NCBI GenBank assembly: GCA_963768655.1
Contig: CAVYIM010000005.1
Location: 416,001-480,000 of the forward strand
Direction: 5' to 3'
From: an uncultured Chloroflexia bacterium
GTDB taxonomy: Bacteria > Chloroflexota > Limnocylindria > Limnocylindrales > CSP1-4
Length of the DNA stretch: 64,000 bases
Position numbers and translations under genes: made by a program. The notes under the pieces are model-generated. The model did no database searches. It saw only the letters and a list, made by a program, of their open reading frames with translations, and was not told where the DNA came from. Of the stretch, positions 57,946 to 64,000 are shown one piece after another (positions within the stretch are counted from its first letter, which is position 1; each line of letters begins with the position of its first letter).

Positions 57946-58822
57946 TCGGCGCCGGCGGAGCGCGACACGGACGCGACTGCTGTCGCTCCTGGCGCTGGCG
58001 GCCGTGCTCGCCTTCACGCGTCCGGGCAGGCGCGCCGTCCGGCGGCTGGCGCTGCTGATCGATTCTCATGTCGAGGGCGCCGCGGAGCCGGATGCACGCG
58101 GCTATGCGCGCTTCATCGCGCCGGTGTTTCGCCGGCTGTATGAGCGTGTGACCGATGACGTGGCCTCCGAGCTGGAGGGCCGAACTGGCGTCGACGGCGG
58201 CCGCGGCGGCGGCGACAACGGCGCCGGCGGCAGAGGCGGCCGAGGCAGCGACGGCGGCCGCGGCGGCGGCAACGGCCGCGATCTCACGATCCTGGACGTG
58301 GGCTGCGGACCGGGCGACCTGGCCGCAATGCTGTCCGAACGACTGCCGGAGGCGCGCGTGTGCGGCGTCGACCTCGCGCCGAGTATGGTCGAGCTGGCGA
58401 GGCAGAAGGCGACGGACGACGGCCGGCTCGGCTTCGAAGGCGGAGACGTGGCCGACCTGCCATTCGAATCCGGATCGTTCGACCTGGTCGTCTCGACGCT
58501 CAGCCTGCACCACTGGCCGGACCCTGGGGCCGGTTTCGCCGAGATCGCGCGGGTGCTTCGACCCGGTGGCGTCGCTCTCATCTACGACCTCCGCCTGGTG
58601 ACACTGGAGGCGGAAAGGCTGACCGAGGTTGCGCGTCGGGCCGGGCTGCCGGCCTCGGTGCTTCGGCGTGAGCGCCTCCGCGGCGGCATCCTCGCCGGCC
58701 TGTTCGTCCGTTTCCGCGTCGATCGCCCGGTCGGCGGAGGATCGACCGACTTCTCGCCCGCTGCGGGGGCAGCGGGCCATGCTAGAATTCCGGCCGCTGT
58801 GACTCCTGGAGAGGTCGCATAG
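57932..58822 (+). CDS. class I SAM-dependent methyltransferase with N-terminal hydrophobic helix and Gly-rich insert
   Basis: ILDVGCGPG, GVDLAPSM, LPFESGSFDLVVS, RVLRPGG. Confidence 0.88.
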   Translation: MSAADRRRRSATRTRLLSLLALAAVLAFTRPGRRAVRRLALLIDSHVEGAAEPDARGYARFIAPVFRRLYERVTDDVASELEGRTGVDGGRGGGDNGAGGRGGRGSDGGRGGGNGRDLTILDVGCGPGDLAAMLSERLPEARVCGVDLAPSMVELARQKATDDGRLGFEGGDVADLPFESGSFDLVVSTLSLHHWPDPGAGFAEIARVLRPGGVALIYDLRLVTLEAERLTEVARRAGLPASVLRRERLRGGILAGLFVRFRVDRPVGGGSTDFSPAAGAAGHARIPAAVTPGEVA

Positions 58823-58900
58823 TCGGTCTAGTGCAGCGGTTTGCTAAACCGCCAGGTGGGGTAACCTGCCTCGAGGGTTCGAATCCCTCCCTCTCCGCCA
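58808..58900 (+). tRNA. tRNA-Ser (GCT)
   Basis: Loop TTGCTAA, long variable arm, GCCA end; TGCTAGAAT promoter at about 58780. Confidence 0.96.
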
Positions 58901-58926
58901 GTCCTCGCAATGAAGCACAGCCGCGC

Positions 58927-59002
58927 GCGCCCGTAGCTCAGTGGATAGAGCGTCAGGTTGCGGACCTGAAGGCCGTGGGTTCGAGTCCCGCCGGGCGCGC
59001 CA
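58927..59002 (+). tRNA. tRNA-Arg (GCG)
   Basis: GCGCCCG acceptor, A20 in D-loop, anticodon arm TCAGG-TTGCGGA-CCTGA, CCA end. Confidence 0.95.
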
Positions 59003-59090
59003 ACATCCGAACGCGAAGCGACTCCCAGGAGCCCTCGGTGTCGTGCGGTTTCACGCTCCGGATGCCCGCGCCGCGCGTGCCGCGGGCCCT

Positions 59091-59336
59091 CTACCCTCTG
59101 TGGATCAGCCGGCGGAGCATACCGACACCGTGGCCCTCATGCGCCGGCTCGGGGAGCGCTTCGTCCTTACCCACGATCTCATCGATCGGGCCCGGCGGCA
59201 TCTTCCACTCGTCCTCGGGCTCGGGCTTGACCGGGCCCAGCTCGTCGCTCAGGGTCCGCATCGGCCCGGGGGCCAGCATCTCCGTCGCAAGGAACCTGCC
59301 AGCGTTTCTCTCGGCGGTTCGCTTTGGGTCGCTCAT
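59091..59336 (-). CDS. 81-aa hypothetical protein, paralog 1
   Basis: SD GGAGG; MSDPKRTAERNAGRFL...PEDEWKMPPGPIDEIVG...GHGVGMLRRLIHRG; homologous to 59482-59727. Confidence 0.8.
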   Translation of the reverse strand: MSDPKRTAERNAGRFLATEMLAPGPMRTLSDELGPVKPEPEDEWKMPPGPIDEIVGKDEALPEPAHEGHGVGMLRRLIHRG

Positions 59337-59481
59337 CGCGATACGTCCTCCAAGCAAGCGGGCGGACGGCCGTCGGCGTTCTCCATGCTCGACGCAGGCG
59401 CCGCGGCCGAGGCGCGAGGATGCGTCTGGACCGGGTGAACTCGGCTCACCTGACGTCGAGGCAGGGCAACCCCGGCCGGGG

Positions 59482-59727
59482 TCAGCCTCTATGGATCAGG
59501 CGGTGGAGCAGCCCGACCCCGTGGCCGGCGGCGGCCGGCTCGGGAACCGCTTCGGCGTGGCCTGCGATCTCATCGACGGGGCCCGTCGGGATCTTCCACT
59601 CGTCTTCCGGCCCGGGATCACCCGGCCCCACATGCAGAGTGTTCGTCGGCATCGGGACCAGCCCCACCCCTACGTCCCCGAGGAACGCACCGGCATTCTG
59701 CTCGGCGGTTCGTATCGGCTCGCTCAT
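59482..59727 (-). CDS. 81-aa hypothetical protein, paralog 2
   Basis: SD GGAGGA; MSEPIRTAEQNAGAFL...PEDEWKIPTGPVDEIAG...GHGVGLLHRLIHRG. Confidence 0.8.
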   Translation of the reverse strand: MSEPIRTAEQNAGAFLGDVGVGLVPMPTNTLHVGPGDPGPEDEWKIPTGPVDEIAGHAEAVPEPAAAGHGVGLLHRLIHRG

Positions 59728-59850
59728 CGACACATCCTCCACCGGAATGGGCGGGCGCTTGCCGTCGGCATTCTTCGAGCTCAACGTAGCACCGCGGTCA
59801 ACGACCGAGACAGCCGCCGTTCTACGCCGGCGCCGGCGGGTCGATTCGAT

Positions 59851-59879
59851 TTGACACCGCGCTCGTAGCCCGCTACTGT
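59851..59879 (+). promoter_or_regulatory. aro operon promoter
   Basis: TTGACA-17 nt-TACTGT. Confidence 0.75.
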
Positions 59880-59892
59880 CGCGGACACTGAC

Positions 59893-59931
59893 ATGGAACA
59901 GACCTTCTACTTTTACCGCAACCCGGCATGA
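59893..59931 (+). CDS. Phe/Tyr-rich attenuator leader peptide MEQTFYFYRNPA
   Basis: ATG GAA CAG ACC TTC TAC TTT TAC CGC AAC CCG GCA TGA between the promoter and terminator upstream of aroF. Confidence 0.8.
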   Translation: MEQTFYFYRNPA

Positions 59932-59975
59932 CCGTTCCCGGAGCCTAGGCCCGGGATCGCGGGTCGTGCCGGGTG

Positions 59976-60002
59976 AAGCAGAGGCAGCGCCTCTGCTTTT
60001 TT
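59976..60002 (+). terminator. intrinsic terminator (attenuator) upstream of aroF
   Basis: AAGCAGAGGC-AGC-GCCTCTGCTT stem running into a T tract. Confidence 0.85.
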
Positions 60003-60051
60003 GTTGCCCGACCAGACCCCGCCGGCAGGCCCCCATTCAGAGGACCGCCCG

Positions 60052-61128
60052 ATGATCGTAGTGATGTCCGTAGGAGCAACCGAACAAGAGGCCAATGACG
60101 TCCGCGACCTCGTCAAGGCCGCCGGGCTGACACCGCATGACAATTACGGCACGCAGCGAGTTGTGATCGCCGTGCTGGGCGACGTAGGGCCGCAGAGGGA
60201 CCATCTGATGAGCAAGCTGAACCTGATGCCCGGCGTCGAATCGGTGACGCCCATCAGTCGCCCTTACAAGCTGGCGTCTCGGGAATCCCACCCCGAAGAC
60301 ACGGTCATCGAAGTCCCCGGCGCCAGAATCGGCAACGGCACGCTGACGATCATGGCCGGCCCGTGTTCGGTCGAGAACCGCGACATGATGATCGCGACGG
60401 CACGGGCGGTAGCCGCGGCCGGAGCCACGATCCTGCGTGGCGGCGCGTTCAAGCCGCGCACCAGCCCTTACGCCTTCCAGGGCCTGGGAGTCGAGGGCCT
60501 CGGATACCTGCAGGAAGCCGGCAAGGAGGCGGGCCTGCCCACGATCACCGAGGTGATGGAGCCGGGCCAGGTCGAGGTCGTGGCCAGGCACGCGGACATC
60601 CTCCAGGTCGGCACCCGCAACATGCAGAACTACTCCCTCCTGACGGCCGTGGGCAAGGCCGGCAAGCCGGTCATGCTGAAGCGCGGCTATGGGGCGACGA
60701 TCGAGGAGTGGCTCATGGCGGCCGAGTACATCGTCTCGTCGGGGCAGCCCAACGTCATCCTGTGCGAGCGCGGCATCCGAACCTTCGAGACGTACACGCG
60801 CAACACGCTCGACCTGACGGCCGTGCCGCTCCTCCACCACTTGACCCACCTGCCGGTCATCGTCGACCCGTCCCATGCCACCGGGAAGCGCTGGCTGGTG
60901 CGGCCGATGGCCATGGCAGCGGTGGCCGCCGGCGCGGACGGCATCATGGTCGAGGTCCATCCGAGTCCGGATGAGGCTCTGTCAGACGGCGAGCAGTCGC
61001 TCACCTTCGACCAGTTCACGGACATGGCGAGCGCGCTCAAGAAGATCCACGAGGAGGTTCGAACCCTCATCAAGGATCCCTTCGCCATGACCGGCCCGGT
61101 CCGCGTCGACGGCGTAAGCCGGCACTGA
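60052..61128 (+). CDS. aroF: DAHP synthase type I-beta with N-terminal ACT-like regulatory domain
   Basis: MIVVM start, [34 protein letters not shown]. Confidence 0.96.
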   Translation: MIVVMSVGATEQEANDVRDLVKAAGLTPHDNYGTQRVVIAVLGDVGPQRDHLMSKLNLMPGVESVTPISRPYKLASRESHPEDTVIEVPGARIGNGTLTIMAGPCSVENRDMMIATARAVAAAGATILRGGAFKPRTSPYAFQGLGVEGLGYLQEAGKEAGLPTITEVMEPGQVEVVARHADILQVGTRNMQNYSLLTAVGKAGKPVMLKRGYGATIEEWLMAAEYIVSSGQPNVILCERGIRTFETYTRNTLDLTAVPLLHHLTHLPVIVDPSHATGKRWLVRPMAMAAVAAGADGIMVEVHPSPDEALSDGEQSLTFDQFTDMASALKKIHEEVRTLIKDPFAMTGPVRVDGVSRH

Positions 61129-61132
61129 CCTC

Positions 61133-62515
61133 ATGAGGACCTCGCCGCTCCGAGGGGAGCAGCCCCGTTCTGTCCAGCCTGCCGAGCGCCTGCGCGGCGA
61201 GCCCCGGCTGCCCGGCGACAAGTCGATCTCACACCGGGCGCTGATCATGGCCGCGCTGGCCGATGGGCCGAGCGAGATCACCGGGGCGGGCGACGGCCGC
61301 GACGTCGCGGCCACGGCCGGGATCGTTGCCGCGCTCGGGGCGAGCGTGGAGCGGGTTCGCGAGGACGGCCTCAACGTCGACTACCGGGTGGTCTCACCGG
61401 GCGTGGACGGGCTCCACGAAGCCGACGGCGTGCTCGACTGCCGCAACTCCGGCACGAGCCTGCGACTGTGCTCCGGAATGCTGGCCGGCCTGCCCTTCTT
61501 CTCCGTCCTGGACGGGGATGCTTCATTGCGGAGCCGTCCGGTGGCCCGTATCATCGAGCCGCTGCGCTCGATGGGCGCAGACTTGCGCGCACGTCGATCC
61601 GATTCCCTTCCACCGCTGGTCGTCATCGGTCGCTCGCAGTTGCGGGCGATCGATTTTGAGACCCGCGTACCGAGCGCTCAGGTCAAGTCGGCGATCCTGC
61701 TGGCGGGCCTGCGCGCCGAGGGGCGAACGACGGTGCGCGAGGCTGTTGCCACGCGGGACCACACCGAGCGGATGCTTCGTTCGCGCGGCGTCGAGGTCCG
61801 GCGTGTGTCGGAGGATGAGTCTGGAGGCGGACCGGTGGCCTGGACGCTGGAGGGTGGAGCGCGGCTTTCCCCGCTCGACGAGCGCGTCCCGGGCGATCCC
61901 TCGGCCGCGGCCTTCTGGCTCGTGGCCGGGGCGATCCATCCGGACGCGGCCCTGACGCTGCGGGGCGTAGGTGTAAACCCTACCCGTCGGGCGGCGATCG
62001 ACTTACTGGTCCGAATGGGCGCACGGATCGAGGAGACGGCGGTCGGCCGGGCTGACGGCGCGGCCGTCCCGCCCCCAGGCGACGCCGGCGAGCCGCTGGC
62101 CGACCTGACGGTCCGATCGAGCGAGCTCACGGCCATCGACCTCGGGCCGGCGGACGTGGCCGCGGCCATCGACGAGATACCGATCCTCTGCCTGGCCGCC
62201 ACGCAGGCCCGTGGCACGACCACGATCCGTGGCGCCGGGGAGCTGCGCAACAAGGAATCCGACCGCATCGCGGGCATCGCCGCCGGCCTGACCGCTCTCG
62301 GAGCGCGGATCGCCGTCAGCGACGACGACATCGCCATCACCGGCCCCACGCCGCTGGTGGGGGCCGCCACCGAGACCCTCGACGACCACCGGCTGGCGAT
62401 GACCTTCGCCGTGGCCGGCCTGATCGCCCGAGGCAAGACGACCATCGACGTGGCCGAGAGCGCCGCCGTCTCGTACCCGAGCTTCTTCCTCGAACTCGAA
62501 AGGCTGAGAGCATGA
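61133..62515 (+). CDS. aroA: EPSP synthase
   Basis: PGDKSISHR, NSGT, SAQVKSA, RDHTERM, KESDR, DHRLAM. Confidence 0.97.
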   Translation: MRTSPLRGEQPRSVQPAERLRGEPRLPGDKSISHRALIMAALADGPSEITGAGDGRDVAATAGIVAALGASVERVREDGLNVDYRVVSPGVDGLHEADGVLDCRNSGTSLRLCSGMLAGLPFFSVLDGDASLRSRPVARIIEPLRSMGADLRARRSDSLPPLVVIGRSQLRAIDFETRVPSAQVKSAILLAGLRAEGRTTVREAVATRDHTERMLRSRGVEVRRVSEDESGGGPVAWTLEGGARLSPLDERVPGDPSAAAFWLVAGAIHPDAALTLRGVGVNPTRRAAIDLLVRMGARIEETAVGRADGAAVPPPGDAGEPLADLTVRSSELTAIDLGPADVAAAIDEIPILCLAATQARGTTTIRGAGELRNKESDRIAGIAAGLTALGARIAVSDDDIAITGPTPLVGAATETLDDHRLAMTFAVAGLIARGKTTIDVAESAAVSYPSFFLELERLRA

Positions 62516-63414
62516 CCAATCGCGTCGTCCTGATCGGCCACCCGGTCGCCCACTCGTTCTCGGGAGGGATGCAGCAGGCTGCCCTCGATGCCCTCGAAAT
62601 CGACGCCCGCTACGAGCTGTGGGACCGCCGGCCGCTTGACCTCGTCGACGCCATCGCCGAGCTGCGCGGCGACGACTTCCTGGGAGCGAACATCACGATC
62701 CCCCACAAGGAGCATGTCGTCCCCCTCGTGGACAAGCTCTCCGAGGAAGCGGCGGCCATCGGTGCCGTCAACGTGATCGCCCGCGACGGCAAGAAGCTCG
62801 TCGGCCACAACACCGACGTGGCCGGGTTCAAGTCGGCCCTCGACAAGATCGTCGGCCGTCAGAAGATGCCGCGCCACGCCGTCGTCCTCGGCGCCGGCGG
62901 CGCCGCCCGAGCGGTCGTGTACGCGCTGATCACCGAGGGATTCCAGCGTGTCGTGGTCTTCAATCGTCACCTCCACCGCGCCGAAGGGATGGTCCGGCAT
63001 TTCGGCCGGAGCGCCTCGCACATGGATCTGCACGCGATGCCCTGGCACGAGTCGGTTCTCGAGGCGGAGCTGGCCAAGACCAGGCTCCTGGTCAACGCCA
63101 CTTCCATCGGCCTGGTCCCGACCGAGACGCCGATCCCGGCCGAACTCCTGCCGGCCGACCTGCTGGTGATGGATCTGGTCTACAACCCGCCCCAGTCGCA
63201 GCTCCTGCGGGACGCCACGGCGGCGGGCTGCACCACGTTGAACGGCGAACACATGCTGCTCCATCAGGGCGCGTGCTCTTTCGAGCTGTGGACGGGCAAA
63301 ACCGCCCCGCTCGAGGTCATGCAGGCGGAACTCGATCGCGCCCGCGAACACGGTCTGCGCCAGATGCCGATCGACATGGGTCCGGCCGGCGAGGCCGGCC
63401 CGGCCGCGGGCTAG
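62512..63414 (+). CDS. aroE: shikimate dehydrogenase
   Basis: GANITIPHK, GAVN, NTD, GAGGAARA, DLVY. Confidence 0.95.
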   Translation: MTNRVVLIGHPVAHSFSGGMQQAALDALEIDARYELWDRRPLDLVDAIAELRGDDFLGANITIPHKEHVVPLVDKLSEEAAAIGAVNVIARDGKKLVGHNTDVAGFKSALDKIVGRQKMPRHAVVLGAGGAARAVVYALITEGFQRVVVFNRHLHRAEGMVRHFGRSASHMDLHAMPWHESVLEAELAKTRLLVNATSIGLVPTETPIPAELLPADLLVMDLVYNPPQSQLLRDATAAGCTTLNGEHMLLHQGACSFELWTGKTAPLEVMQAELDRAREHGLRQMPIDMGPAGEAGPAAG

Positions 63415-63432
63415 GAAGGCCGGGCACCGGAG

Positions 63433-64000
63433 ATGGGCAGACTCCGCTTCCTGACCGCCGGGGAGTCGCACGGCCCTGCCCTCGCCGCGACGTTGGAGGG
63501 CATTCCCGCCGGGCTACCCATGACCGCGGACCAGATCGCGCTCGACCTGGCCCGGCGCCAGCGCGGCTACGGCCGCGGCGCACGCAGCACCAGCATCGAG
63601 CAGGACCGGGCCGAGATCCTGGCCGGCATCCGCCACGGGCTCACGATCGGGTCGCCGATCCTCTTGCTCATCCGCAATCGCGACTGGGACAACTGGACCC
63701 GGGTGATGGCGGTCGAGCCGTTGACGGACGAGGGGGCCGCCGAGCTGGCCCGGCTCGCGGAGGCGGGCGACAAGCGCGCCGCTCCGATAACGCGGCTGCG
63801 CGCCGGGCACGCGGATCTGGCCGGAGCGACGAAATACGGCTTCGAAGATGTGCGCAACGTCCTGGAGCGTGCCTCGGCTCGGGAGACGGCGGCCCGGGTC
63901 GCGGCGGGAGCGGTGGCGCGGGCCCTGCTCGCCGGCCTCGGCATCGACGTGTGGTCCCACACCGTCGAGGTGGGCGGAGTGGCGATTGAGCGTGCCTGCG
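63433..64000 (+). CDS. aroC: chorismate synthase (5' part, runs off window)
   Basis: Manual translation [14 protein letters not shown]...RRQRGYGRG...GHADL...ERASARETA. Confidence 0.96.
   Translation, partial: MGRLRFLTAGESHGPALAATLEGIPAGLPMTADQIALDLARRQRGYGRGARSTSIEQDRAEILAGIRHGLTIGSPILLLIRNRDWDNWTRVMAVEPLTDEGAAELARLAEAGDKRAAPITRLRAGHADLAGATKYGFEDVRNVLERASARETAARVAAGAVARALLAGLGIDVWSHTVEVGGVAIERAC

Noticed and set aside
59003-59850. Possible integrated element after tRNA-Arg
   Set aside because: No integrase and no duplicated tRNA 3' end were seen, and the region is under 1 kb.

Overview
High-GC bacterial core-genome window. The gene order is Terrabacteria/Firmicutes-like and the sequences look Chloroflexota-like; this taxonomy is inferred, not verified. 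Bases 1-32 kb (minus strand) hold the ribosomal superoperon: tRNA-Thr/Tyr/Thr, tuf, rpmG, tRNA-Trp, secE, nusG, rplKAJL, rpoBC, the str, S10 and spc clusters, then secY-adk-map-infA-rpmJ-rpsM-rpsK. Next come rpsA-clpC-radA-PIN/TRAM-ispDF-cysS-rlmB, an Fpg/Nei gene, a complete 16S-tRNAIle-tRNAAla-23S-5S operon, and a tadA-tRNASer2-SRP RNA-dnaX-ybaB-recR block. The window ends with a few accessory genes, tRNA-Ser(GCT)/tRNA-Arg and an aroF-aroA-aroE-aroC operon. I saw no CRISPR array, integrase or transposase. The main observations are: (1) the syntenic TadA has lost its catalytic Glu (HAE to HAV) while the nearby tRNA-Arg has anticodon GCG instead of ACG; (2) an unannotated MEQTFYFYRNPA leader peptide with a terminator precedes aroF; (3) two tandem 81-aa paralogous orphan proteins follow tRNA-Arg; (4) a covarying ~120-nt hairpin element occurs three times in ribosomal-protein spacers; (5) the 23S rRNA has an ~83-nt expansion at the H54/H55 site; (6) RlmB carries a ~330-aa Gly/Pro/Arg-rich N-terminal extension; (7) RpoB has Ser at the H526-equivalent position, and rplJ is frameshifted.
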